A stretch of 64,000 nucleotides of DNA, taken from assembly GCA_001687465.1 (NCBI GenBank), contig LVLI01000063.1, positions 1 through 64,000 on the forward strand. The letters run 5' to 3'. Shown here piece after piece: positions 1 through 12,128 of this stretch (the first letter of the stretch is position 1; each line of letters opens with the position of its first letter). A model generated the notes under the pieces. It saw only the letters and a list, made by a program, of their open reading frames with translations, had not been told where the DNA came from and did no database searches. A program made the translations under genes and the position numbers. The stretch is from Halocafeteria seosinensis. Lineage: Eukaryota.

Positions 1-570
1 ATGTCTGCAAGAACACGTCAATATTCAGCCACTTAACAATTTCATCATAAAACCAACCAAAGACGCCTTACAAACCATTCATAACCCCTCCCGTAGACCC
101 ACGACCCAAGATCAGCGCTTGCACTCCCCAAATACCAACACGCCTTTTTGCAAGGCCCATATCTACATATCCTGCATTCTCTACAAATTTGAAATTATAC
201 AACATGGTAGCAAATTGAATGCTCTACAAGGTGATATGAAAAGATCCTGTATACACTCATGGAGTGCTGAGATACAGCGCCCAAACCAAACGTTACCAGC
301 GCAACACTTTTTGGTACCCCTGCCCTCTGGACTTTGTTGCGCTGGGGCTATTTGAAGTTAGACTTTACCACCTTGCGGCAACTGAGTGACTGGGGGCCCA
401 GTCTGGGGCCTTGTACAAGAGGATGAACCTCCTAGGGTTGGTCTATTTATGCGGTCTAAATCATTGGATAAGAGATACTTACTGAGTAAGTCATTTTCTT
501 TTCGTGTGCCACAGTATTCAAACCTGTGACAGTCTTCGTCCTGTATGTTCGAAATCGAAAATAATGCATT

Positions 571-2127
571 TCAAACATCTTGCAAGAACACCAATGAGGT
601 CAGAAAGAAAATAGTAACACCAGCCATGTCGATGAGCGTTGTTACCATGGGGCTTGAAATTGCTGCTGGGTCAACCTCTAGTGCCTTCGCGACAAAGGGC
701 AGTGTGTAGCCGACAAAGTTGGACAGTATCACAATACACGCCAGCGAAAAACCAACAATCCATGCAACTTCCACATTTCCCCGAACATAACCCAATAGCC
801 ATCCAGCAGCCCCCAGCGTACCAGCTAGCATAATCCCAATGAGCATCTCTTTCTTGAGAGCGCGGAAGTAATCCGACTGGCGCAAGTCTTTTGAAGCCAA
901 ACTCTGTATGATTAAGGCTGCAGCCTGTGATCCTGTGTTTCCTCCCATTCCGGTGAGTAGAGGAATAAAGGAGGCAAGGACAACGTATCGCTTCAGTTGA
1001 GCCTCAAACGACCCGATGATGTACGCAGTTCCCACATTGATTAGAACCAAAAATAGTAGCCAAAATATTCGCTTTCTGTAGAGAAGAACAATCGGGCTCT
1101 GAAAAAAGCTAACGTCGAGAGCATCTTTTGACACCGCAGGCACAGGCGTTTCGTTCGGATCAGCAAAGATATCCATTAGGGTGCGAGTGTCTATGTACCC
1201 AAGAGGCACGTCTGTTATAGGGTCTACAACAGGCGCCGAAAACACTCTTTGGTGCGAGACTAAAGTATCTAATTGACTAACCGTATCTTTGCTCGTCAAA
1301 ACAGTCTGATTAGTGCTGGTGTACGTTCGCAACGTAGTTGATTCCAGTTCTGTAGAGCTCAACAGCGTCATTGAAACTAGAACATCCCAGTGAAACACAC
1401 CCGAGTATTTGCGGTTATCGTCAACAATGATAATATACGGAGCTGCGTCAGAAAACTTTTTGGCTTGACGGAGCCGTTGTAACGCGTACGATAGGCTCTC
1501 GCAATCCTGCATAACAATTGCGTTGGAGAGAGGTTGCATTTTGTGGACAACACTCTCCGGGGGAAATCTACGTGAGAGGTTCATGGCTAGCAACTCATCA
1601 TTATGCAACAAAGGAAATAATTTTGTGACTAGTTCCCAAGGGATATCCTGCAAAAATTGCATCCGGAAGGAGAAATCTAAAGAGCTGTAAGTTTCCTCCG
1701 CGACCCGAAGCCGGAGTGAGTTTAAAACTGCGGCAGTTTCCATGGACTCCAAGCAGTAGCAAAATTTGACGATCCATTCTCCATATGATACATCGTACAA
1801 AAACTGACGCCTTTGCTTTTCTAGCATCATATCGCGAACAATGAATCGCACCGTCCGACCACTGACATTCGTCAACAATTTCTCCAAGCCTGTCCAGTCG
1901 GAGCTTCTGATACAGTCATCAAACTTTCGTCTCTCCGCCGTCGATAGAGGACTCTCGGCTTCCCATCCTGGGCTATGCTTTAAATTCAACGTATCCCGCT
2001 CTAGGTCCTCAATATTGAAGGTGCTTCCATTGTGTGTTGAAGTCGAGCCCTCTGTACTGCGCAACAATGGTGCCCATTCTGATTTTGACCAGCTCGGGCG
2101 GTTTCTACTGTGCTCCCCGGACGACAT
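571..2127 (-). CDS. mgtE: MgtE-family Mg2+ transporter (N-terminal cytosolic domain, CBS pair, 5-TM pore), intronless
   Basis: 518-aa ORF with RKRIFWLLFL, FIPLLTGMGGNTGSQ and DPAAISSPMVTTLID (pore Asp present), all MgtE hallmarks. Confidence 0.92.
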   Translation of the reverse strand: MSSGEHSRNRPSWSKSEWAPLLRSTEGSTSTHNGSTFNIEDLERDTLNLKHSPGWEAESPLSTAERRKFDDCIRSSDWTGLEKLLTNVSGRTVRFIVRDMMLEKQRRQFLYDVSYGEWIVKFCYCLESMETAAVLNSLRLRVAEETYSSLDFSFRMQFLQDIPWELVTKLFPLLHNDELLAMNLSRRFPPESVVHKMQPLSNAIVMQDCESLSYALQRLRQAKKFSDAAPYIIIVDDNRKYSGVFHWDVLVSMTLLSSTELESTTLRTYTSTNQTVLTSKDTVSQLDTLVSHQRVFSAPVVDPITDVPLGYIDTRTLMDIFADPNETPVPAVSKDALDVSFFQSPIVLLYRKRIFWLLFLVLINVGTAYIIGSFEAQLKRYVVLASFIPLLTGMGGNTGSQAAALIIQSLASKDLRQSDYFRALKKEMLIGIMLAGTLGAAGWLLGYVRGNVEVAWIVGFSLACIVILSNFVGYTLPFVAKALEVDPAAISSPMVTTLIDMAGVTIFFLTSLVFLQDV

Positions 2128-2581
2128 TTGCCGACGCGCTGCTCGGTAAACTAACGACAGATAGACTGTGAATCCATCCAGGTTTCCGATAAAGGATTAT
2201 CGTGGAAGGCGTAGCGCGTAATGGCTTGACTACAGTAATCAAGACAGATCAAACTGTGAAGAATCAGCAGTCAAACTTTCGGGGATTGTTCTCGATGTTT
2301 TTCTTTCGCATATGTAGCCACTGTACAACTGGCGAGTGTGAGGTATACTGCACAAGCTAACAACACTATCGGTGGTCTCAGTAGTTGTAATTCAGCTCGG
2401 GCGCAGCTGAGGCGCCTCTGTCGAAGTAACCTGGTCCAAGGAAAGTTTGCTGCTCCGTCAGGAAGCTATATGTGCACCAATACACAGTGCCAAAGGTCAT
2501 TTTTTGATTGTTGAAAGTGCTACATCGTTCTGTATCAAGTGGCAGATGGATGGATGGGTTGCTTGATTTATTCGAGACACA

Positions 2582-4517
2582 ATGGCCGCAGGAGGAGTTG
2601 TGAGCGCCGAGCTGGTGTTTTATCTCAGCATTGTGTCAATCCTGACCAATCTGAGCCGGGTCGATCCAATATCGCAATGGGTAAGTATGGTTGGTGCACG
2701 CTCAACGCTTCAAGTCTTATTTCTTTGACTGGATGGCACTGCGATGCAGCTTATGAAAGGGCTCCCTTTCTACGTGGCGCCCGACCAAAATTCGCTACAG
2801 GCACTGCTTGACTACTACAATCAAGTAACGAGCCGTAAGAAGGACAAAAAGAAGAAAGGTGTAAGAGGCGAGCTTTACACGTACTCTCCAGAGAACGAGT
2901 GGTTCTACAAATTCTCTTTCGTGCACAGGATCAACAGACAGAGCAATCCGCCCCACCTCCTCCAGTATCTGCCACTTCCCCTGAACAACTGGTTGATACT
3001 TTTTCGGCGAGAATCCACAGCGGCCTTCGGAGCACATTCAATTGGAACAATATCCACTTGTATTCAGACTATGATATTTTACTGTTCATCTTGCTAAGTG
3101 GATTTGCGTTATTCATGTTCGCGGAGACCTGGGTAAGTTTGATGTACTAGTCCTCTGGGCTAAGGGTTACCGATGGTCACTTTGACTATTCTTGCCACAG
3201 TCATGCATTCGGGGAACATATCCACAGGAGATGTCTATGATCGCCGTAACACTTACTGTGACTTTCGGTATTAAAGCGTTAGGAAGCACACTGTGGACCC
3301 TAGGACTCTCCCGTGGAGAAACACAATTTTCGTTGTTTGTCGGGTTCGCTGGCTTCGTGGCATCCCTGTTATTCTTCCAGGCGTCTTCGAATGTATTTGA
3401 ATTTCAGCTAGCACCAGGACTAAGTGACGCGGCAGAACGAACTGAGAATATGCTCAAGAATAAAATGCACGTCCACACTAACATCAAACCGTGGATGATG
3501 GGGTTTCAGATGCTTATTGCTCTCATAGCGGCAACGGTAACAACTGTGACTGTGCTGGCTGCTTTGCGGTGGTCAACATTTTACGTTTATACCCGTAGGG
3601 ATTCTACAGCTGGGATTGGAAAACGTATTTTGACTCGTCTCAATTTCCTCATGCCAATCTTTTCGATCCTTCTCTGGATCAAACCTATTGGAAGACAGTT
3701 CCAGGCGAGTGATTTAGTGCCGTGCACTGAAGGCGCGTCTCTCCATGATTGCACTCAAGTCACAGATCTGTCCAACACATGGATAATGAATGACACTCAG
3801 TTCCTGCGATTCCGCGTATGGATGGTGCTCCTTACTCTCTCGATGCGGTTATTGCAGTTCCTGCCTCTCATGCGGTCCTTTTTAAGAACTGGTCGAGAAG
3901 ACCTGCTAGAGGCAATCCGAGATCATCTGCGTGAAGGATCGAAGGCGTCTGACGTTAAGACTCTTCACAGTCGCCTCACTGCCACAAGTGGTAGAGTTAT
4001 TCGGAGTATGTGTGTGGTCGCAATCCAATTCTTTGCACCAATCTCTATGACATTCGGTTTTGTTGCCCTATTAGTTCGAAAGGGAGGAGTAGATCTCGGC
4101 CTATGCACTTTGTACGAAAACGTATTGGATCAGACGCAACATCTGACCGGCGTCACTGCCAATTCGTTACGTCCGCACTTTGAGGAGAAATTTACTCTCT
4201 TCCAGCGAATGATGGATCAAGCAATGAATTATGTGTTAGACATATCTTCTCTGCAACGCGATCAATTTTCCTCACCCGAGTTGTGGAGGCCAACGTTTTC
4301 GTTTCTCGTATGGTGGAGCCTCGTAGTTTGGTCAATCACAGTAGCACTGGGAATTTTCTACTATGAAACAGTTTTTGGAGTTGCAGGTATTACCCGAGCA
4401 ACCAAACAGGAGGAGGCTGATGCCGCTACTGCAAACGGAGCCGAGAACGCTGGCCCGGTGGGCCCCACTCATCGAAGAGGCAGGAAACAACGGAAGGAAG
4501 ACAAGAAGTCTCAATAG
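2582..4517 (+). CDS. TMEM161: TMEM161-family multi-pass membrane protein, spliced (introns about 2681-2749, 2861-2928, 3133-3200)
   Basis: ATG at 2582. GT-AG introns join MAAGGVV..ISQW / LMKGLPFYVAP..KKKK / ..LYSDYDILLF..AETW / long hydrophobic exon with LLWIKPIGR and FLVWW. Layout and motifs match TMEM161. Confidence 0.75.
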
Positions 4518-4683
4518 TTTTTGCTCGCTCTGAATTATGAGGGAATACACACAAATGGTTGAAGTTTAGCATGGTGTAGTACCCGGTGGTAGTTTACGCC
4601 ACTATAGTCGACAATTGCTTCGATTTGTTGCATTCTTTGAGGCGTTCGGCAGAAACAATAGTTGATTTCTTTGTATAATCAGC

Positions 4684-6487
4684 ATGGAGCCTAACCTGGT
4701 ATCCTTTGGCATTCTCGAAAGGGATGCAGCTTCTCAGGATGCCCTAATGGTGTGGTCTTATCCATACCCGGGAGAAGCTGTGGAAGCTGTATGGCTGCTT
4801 GATAGTGGACTACAACACCAAACGACTGGAGGATCAGGGAATGCCGAGGCTCTCAATAGTATCACGGGGGACGGAGACGTCACTGAAGACATGAAAAAGA
4901 ATGGAAGCAGACGCTATGCATACAACCGCTTCAGGCATCTTTGGCATTACATGTAAGGAACCAGCACAGGTACATGCAACACATCTCCTGTGGTACTACG
5001 CTTTGCACTATTTTTGCCAGATGTGTGGTGCATAAGGGACTGCCTAATTCTGAACATAAGAGAATCGACTCGTTTGCAATTTGTCTGAGAGCTAAGGTAC
5101 TCAACCCTCACTTCTCTGAACTACGGCAATAAAGATACTTGGTGGGTCGGTTTGCAGGAGTACTTCCCCAGAAAATATTTCGCCCTACTAGACATCCTCA
5201 GCACCAAATACTTTGAGAGTGGTAAGTCCATCTATTTTTTTCAGTTGAGTGGGTAGTAAGTGGTAGCCGACTTCCCTCGCAACAGGTGAACCAACTTACC
5301 TTCTTGAAGCCTGGATATCCGCCTGCATGAAGGGCGTTGCGAAAGTAAAACTGGGAGAAAACGTATGTGCTAATGCTATAAGGATTGCTGGCATGTTAAG
5401 CACACCAGCTTTGTATTGGCTACGCAGTCTCTTTCTTGGAAACTCAAACACTATTCCGTGGGGGAGGCACTTGCTAGTCCTCAGCGCTCGCTTTCTGTAT
5501 GAGGCTACATAATGTTTTTTTTTTTAACTCTCGTGTATATTATCTCGCTTTTTGTAATGCATTTCGTTGCAGCGCTTACATGATATATTCGGATCTCATA
5601 TAGTTAAAATATGGCACGCCCTGTGCCTGCGGCAGAGGATTATTGTTTACGGTGCTAACCCGGAAACAGTGGTCAATGCAGTCTGTACACTACCATTATT
5701 AATCTGGCATAGAGCCAATCGATCGTCTGGGATGTCGTGGGACCTCTGTCGCCCGCTGATTTCAGCTCAAGTAGCTGACCTCTCCGCTGAGGAAGTACTT
5801 AGCTGTGCAGGTGCCTTATCATCCAACAGCGATAACGTGTGTGGAGACGCCGCTGATTTAGATTTCGCCAGCGCCCAGGAGATCGAAACAGAACCGTTTG
5901 ACGAGGATCAAAACTTTGAACGGGCGGTAGCACCTTCTTCAGGCACCGTGGAGTATCGAGCAGCTATTTATCAAGCAGCGGACTTGCTCTTGTGTGGCAC
6001 TGCCGGAGGGTTTATCGCCGGTACTACTTCTGGAAAACTTCAAACCCGGACAGAATGGTACGATGTGTGGATAGATCTGGATTCAGGACGCGTCAATCAC
6101 ATAAACGATACCTCAGTAGATAGCTCATCTCTAGCAGCATCTGTCCAGGATTCCTTCGAAGTTTTCTCCCCGGAGAATAACACTCCTAATGGGCAGATGG
6201 TTCTTACAGGTGTTCATGCGTTCGTTCTTGAAAAGATGGAGAAGGGTATCAAAGGTTCTCATGAGTCTCCTGAGGAAAAAGACCGGGCGCTACTGAAAGC
6301 GTTTCAACAGGCTGGCAAGAAGCTGCATCAAATCCTAAAGGACGCTGTCAGCCAGAATTCGAGGGTAACCCCCGACTCTTTGCTGCAAAACGAAGATGCC
6401 TTTAACAAGTTGGATTTGGTGGCGTCTTCCGAGGCGGCAGCATTTTTACATTCCTGGGGCGTAGCTGAAGGAGATTTACAGCTATGA
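4684..6487 (+). CDS. DENND10: DENN domain protein 10 (FAM45)-like, spliced
   Basis: N-terminus FGILERD..LMVWSYP, Y..F...WHY, EYFPRKY, IWHALCLRQRIIVY and LPLLIWHR match FAM45/DENND10 motifs. Several short introns between 4952 and 5572. Confidence 0.8.
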
Positions 6488-6645
6488 AATTCTCCTTAGC
6501 ACTTCATTGCGTAGGACCAAAGCATTCTGTAGCAATAACAATGTCCGAAGTCTTCTGTCTATTTTCAGTGACTCAGAGCTAACCTATTATAGCTGAGAAC
6601 TGGAAACACTAACTGTTCAATTCTAAATTAGTAAACAAACAACAA

Positions 6646-7452
6646 TTAGTCCGATGTTGCTTCACGAAGATAGGCAATGAGGTCTTTGCGTTCACTCTCC
6701 TTCTTTAAGCCAGCAAACACCATCTTGGTCCCTTTGATGTATTTCTTCGGGTTCTTCAGATACTCGAAGAGAGTGTCTTCGTTCCAAGTAATGCCTGTGT
6801 AGACAAAGCGGAAAAAGGTGATCAACGTTGTTCCCCATTAGTGTCCCCGTTGTCTATAGAGTAGGGGCATACCTGAGGACTTGTTGGCGGAGGAATAGGA
6901 GTATCCTTCCGCGCTCCCAGCGGTTCGGCCAAAGAGACCGTGGAGATTAGGTCCTTGCTTATGAGGTCCTCCTTCTGCGATACACATTCGTAGACGCTTC
7001 CAAGTTAAAGCAAGTAACTCTTAATCAGCGTTGCGTCTCAACCCAGAGGGGCAAGGGGAGCTTGTGACTCCCTCGTATTACTGTTACATCAATCCCTCTC
7101 AGAGCTTCCAAGATACACAGATGGGCGAATGGATGCTTTTTCCGTACACATTAAACCCAGAAAATATAAAAACGGGTCATTACTTACTCTCGACTGTATG
7201 GCTGCACGTAAGAAAACCAAGAATCCAGAACAGTGAATGCATACACGCGAGGACATCACTCAATGCCTTTCATTTCGGCATTCACAGCGAGTACAGACTA
7301 CACTAAGCCTTGTCGAACAAGTAGAGTTATTGACGTCAGGCGCTTGGAGTGCGCAAGCGCAGGAGAGCATTGACGTCATCGGTGTTAACGACCTCTACTT
7401 ACCATTGTGAGCATTTGGTCTTGAATATTTTAGCTCCCTTTTCAGCGGACAT
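6646..7452 (-). CDS. CYCS: Mitochondrial cytochrome c; exons 7452-7403, 7201-7188, 6974-6873, 6794-6646
   Basis: Spliced product [41 protein letters not shown]...[18 protein letters not shown]..., with canonical GT-AG introns in compatible phases. Absent from the ORF track. Confidence 0.97.
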
Positions 7453-7789
7453 TTTTATTAACTATCCCCTTGGGTCGTGATGGAAACACGCAAACAGGTA
7501 CAATGGAACTCGCAGTCTACTTGTCTCTCGTGGCAATAACGCTAAACATCAAAGTTCTCAGCGATTTCGGCTGTATCATACGCCCCGCGCCGAAAACTGA
7601 GTCCATTCCGTACAATCATTTGTTTGTGAAGCTACCGTATGTGAGCCAGACCGTCTCGGAGTCGTGACGACTCGTGAGCACATGAGAACCCTGCTGCGGT
7701 CAACTTCCCGGCCGGTGGGCTATCTGTCACCCTGCTAGCCTTGTAAAAACTCCATACCCCTAGTGCACCGTGAAACTGTTTTACCTGGG

Positions 7790-8155
7790 AAATCGCTAAT
7801 ACAAGACGAATTAACTTTAAATCATACATATACATTAGCCAAAATGATATACACCTTTTGGATACCACTGATGGTGAAACAATGCTTACAATCAAAACGA
7901 TTTGACAAAATCATTAAAAAAATTTCCTTAAAGAAATTTTAATAAAATAATATAATTTCTCACTAAAAGGAATCGCCAGCGAAAAGCAGAGTCTTACCAG
8001 AACAGTCGGGGAGATAAGCATCTAGTTTTCTGTGAGAAATTTAATTAATGTCACCTGTAGTCACCTGATTAAATCTATATATAATTTATTAAATTTTATT
8101 TATAGAATTTCAATTTTTTACAATTTCAATTTTTAGTTAATACTAGAAAGCATTC
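7790..8155. other. Very AT-rich low-complexity block at the left edge of the accessory island
   Basis: Runs such as aaaatttccttaaagaaattttaataaaataatataattt and atatataatttattaaattttatttatag, unlike the surrounding DNA. Confidence 0.6.
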
Positions 8156-11100
8156 TAAACTCACAGCGGCGCCAAGTCCCATACCTAGCTCAGGAGTGAA
8201 CTGATGAATATCACCATTGGATTTGGTGTTAGGGTTTTTTGCATTTGAAAAGCGCTGCACCTTCAGGGGGAAACTGATCGTGCCATCAAAGGCATACCTG
8301 ATGGTGGTAATACCCATCGTGAAGCTTGAGCCTTACAACGATTCACGAAAGCGTGGCACTGCTGATCGTAGACTACACTCACACTCAAATCCTCCGTTTG
8401 CAAATAGTTTGTTCAGCGCACATTTGCCGCACTGCTCAGCATCACTTAATTGCAGTTCCCTCCAGAATAACTGCCAATCTTGTTCGGAAACTGTAGATAA
8501 CGGAATAGAAACAGGAGCATCAGTAATCCTAGCGGGGCGGCTTGATCCGCCACCTGTGCTTCTACTTGAAAAACTTTCATCATCATCATCGTTATTATCA
8601 TCTCCTCCCATATCCTTGTTTTCCCCTTGCCAGTACTCTTCGTGCTCCTGTAACCGGAATGCGAGAACAGGTACATCCTCGTGTAGCTTTGGGAGTTGCC
8701 GTAATGCGTTGAGCGCTTCATTCGTGGTCTCCTTCCGGAAAGGATTGAGTCCAGAAGGATTGTGATTACGTTTAAGTCTATCTAAGGCATCTAAGACGCC
8801 AGTCCAAACGTCGATCCCGCGGACATCCCGTTGGTTTCTCATTTGATAAATGAAACACTGGACATAATTGTTGAATGCGACATGATTCTTTTGGGAAGTC
8901 ACCCGAAGGCTCAACTCGTATGCACGTGACGCATGGGTCATCATATTCCCAAGTTTCTTTGCCCGGTCCGGGAGATTTCTCTGGTCTTGGAAGCGATATA
9001 ACCGAGAAACTAAGACGCAGAGATGAGTAGCAAAACGTTGCAATGTCTCCTTGTTCTCACGTTTCCAGGGGAAAATTGGTGATTCGCTCGCGAATTTTAT
9101 TGTCTAGCTCTTCAAGCATTCTGATAACCGCATCAACCCCAAAGTGCGAGTGGCACGTGCCCACGAATGGACTGAAAGTGTCCGAGGGCACTGCTCTTTG
9201 GGTCAACAGAGTTTGAACTGCCGTTGGATACCGTTCAACACATTCCAAGAACAATGAGGAACACAGCCATAGGAATGGCCATCGCCTCTTTGGACTACTC
9301 GATTGGCTTAGACGATGAGTTTGTACTAGTATGACTGCCATAGCCAATTCATCGCATAAATACGATGCTACTCTTGGTCGGATATCGCAACACAAGCCAG
9401 ACTGCATCCCGATTGCATTCCTAAGGCGCTCGCATTCGCAGTGCATTTGTTCCACACGGTCCGGCTTGATATCCGCGGGGACTTTATTGACGTAAAACAA
9501 GTGAACCAATGCTAGCAGGAATGGCTCCGGCAGGTCTTCCTGTAGGAGTTCCTGTAGAGGAGAAAAGCTCTTTCCAAATTCGATCGAGTCAAGAGCCCTA
9601 AGCCGCATGTACACTCGAGCCTGAAATTTACACGAGAGCGAAGAATCGCCCAACAAGTGTTGTACATGAGTCTCCAACTGCCTAAGCCGTTCGGTCCTTC
9701 GGTCGCTGGCTTGATCCTGACAAGCAAAAGTGAGCCTTTGTCTGAGCACCTCATAGAACTCCCTATCTTTTAAAACAGTCTGCACTCTGATGGTAGTTGC
9801 CTGGTTCAGACCTGCTGACACTCGATCCCCACGGACATCAGGAAGATAAATGATGATACCCCGTTTGCTTACATATGGTTGCCGGAGGATAAGCTGTAGC
9901 ATGTGCTCACTATCTGTCGCAAGGACCCAGCTAGACGTTTTAATTTGAGCAAACGTATTATGGATAGCTTCTGATGTGGGACCCTCCAGTATCTCTCCCT
10001 TGCTCATATGGGCGAGGCACGTAAAAATAGGCTTCGATTTGCGTGCAAATCTGGCTAACTCTACTAGAGCCTGCATGGCGACCGAACGCCTTCCTACACA
10101 CATACTGTCTGCAACCAAACATACACCTTGAATGCTACTATCTTGCCGGGTCCTCTTCTTTTTTACTTCCTCCACCACTTCTTCGGTCACATCTCTTACC
10201 ACATCTGGATGATTCTGAGCCGAAAACAACACAGTTGAGCGCTGATTTCCCCCATGGAAATATGCATGCATATCTTCTTCGCTACACCTCTCCGTGTGAT
10301 TTCGGAAAGGGATGACCTCGAAAGGCCAGTACCCGTTCGGCGTACCGGCTGTCCCCGTCTCTTGGTACACTCGTTCCGGAGACACTCCAATGGCACAACA
10401 CTGAAAATACACGTTATCTAAACTGGGATGTTTGTCAATCACCTTTCGGAGGTCCATTAGAGCCGAAAAATCGTCCGATACGACGAAAAGTGTTAGGTTA
10501 TCACTCGACACACCAGTACCGTTAGCCACAAGCTTCACAATTTCCTCAGCAGTGGAAATCCAGTTAGTAGAAGTCGAAATCAATACAATTCTGATGTTTT
10601 CATAAGGGCACTGGCTACTCCATTCAAGAGTCCCCAATCTTTTTGCATACTCTTTAAAGGATTGGAGGTTACCCTCGAACCATACGCCTGTCATTTCTTC
10701 CTGAAGTCGCCTGAGGAAAGACTGTCCTGAAGATGCTTCCGTTATCACAAAAGTCTTCCAATCCGACTTTTGGTTCAAATGCTCCTCCCACATAGTCCGC
10801 CCGAAATAAACAGCCCATGCATCAAACGCTCCGACACATTGTTCACCGCTTGCGGGGCGAGCGGCAAGCTCTCCTCTGTGGAAACACTTGAGCTCGGATG
10901 CACCCTTGATCTCAAAGTCAACAAGGTACATGGGCAACGCAACAGGTTCGCCGTCGCAGTGTTCCAATCTGTCCACCTGCATGGATTCGGATTTACCTTT
11001 AGTTTTCAGTCGGTTCTTGAGGGTGTCCACTACATCATGTCCGTCAGTGCTGTCATTGAACCTTCCTACCATCACAACACCAGCCGTATTCGTAGGCCAT

Positions 11101-12128
11101 ATGTAAATGCCGTCTTTCAAGCTCAGCCTATGAATAACATCAGCCTCGATGGATTTTTTGCTTTTTTTCTCACCTTCCAAACAGGTCAGACGGCACAATG
11201 TACCGTTTTGAGGTGTTAGTATTCGCTGTATATAAACTGTCGCATTTGTATCCTTGGTCGATTTCGTCAAAGGAGGAAACAGTGCATCGACGGCAAGTTG
11301 AGCAATTGAAGTTACGTCGGGGAATTCAGTCTCTAGTAAAGGAATTCCGAGTGCCAGACCGTCCTCGTCACACCGTCCAAAGGAAAGTCGTGACGAGTGA
11401 GGATATGAGGCTATGGAGGCAAACAGCGAGCAATATTCGCGCATTTCCCTCTTCATTGACGTAACTGATGCATTATGTATTTCATTGATAAGATTATCAT
11501 CATCGTCGACTTTTGTGTTCAAGCCCTCGATGTAACAACTCCACCAGTCGACAAGCTTCCAAGCGTCACGAGGGCCCTCTCCCGTGCGCACAACGGGAGT
11601 TTCCCCAAGACAAACCTGAGACCCTTCATCAGCTTTATCAGAATCTGGTTGCTCCACAGTCACTGGTCGTTTCAGCCGAAATCCACGAGTACTCAGCACG
11701 TCCAGGAACCAGCCATCATTAACTTTTCTGTTTTCGTCCTCGATCCATCGTTCTCGGGGAAACTTTTCAAACAGAACTCCTTCCTCCACTAAGGGGAAAT
11801 CAATTCTATAAAGGTGTTTTCCACTTTCGTTGCACGGTAGGGAACTGATGTTGCAATTATAGTGTTCTGCACTTGGAGGGCCATCTTGGAGAGGGAACAA
11901 GGGTGGATAGCAGCTCTGTAGATATTCTACCACCGCGCTTAAGATGACACGTTTACAACCGTGCACATTCAATGTATATGTGTCTCCCTCCTTACTAACT
12001 TGTTCCGCCCCTAGAAACAAATGTCCTCCTTGAATGAGAGAGCCAATGTTCCGTTTCACCTCGTTTATCTGAGGCTTTGCCAACGCAATTACCGGGGAGG
12101 AGGAGGGTGCTGAATAGGTGATGCTCAT
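8126..12128 (-). pseudogene. SAMD9/SAMD9L (Avs9)-like STAND NTPase, intronless, with a +1 frameshift near 9057-9075 and an in-frame TAA at 8333-8335
   Basis: ORFs 12140-9057, 9043-8333 and 8317-8126 join into one protein. Motifs in SAMD9 order: AlbA-like GGHLFLG/VRTG and SFGRCDEDG, AYFHGG..VVRD, degenerate Walker A region SMCVGRRSVAMQAL, TLLTQR..FSPFV...FGVDAVIRML, TPR-like helices, C-terminal QFTPELGMGLGAAVSL. Confidence 0.7.

Noticed and set aside
119..355. This and many other short track ORFs, mostly antisense or nested in real genes
   Set aside because: Non-ATG starts or shadow ORFs with no coding support.
4565..4615. tRNA A-box-like TGGTGTAGT..GG
   Set aside because: No T-arm/B-box or cloverleaf follows.
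7202..7402. Intronic H/ACA snoRNA in cytochrome c intron 1
   Set aside because: No ANANNA hinge or ACA tail, and the first hairpin includes the splice donor.
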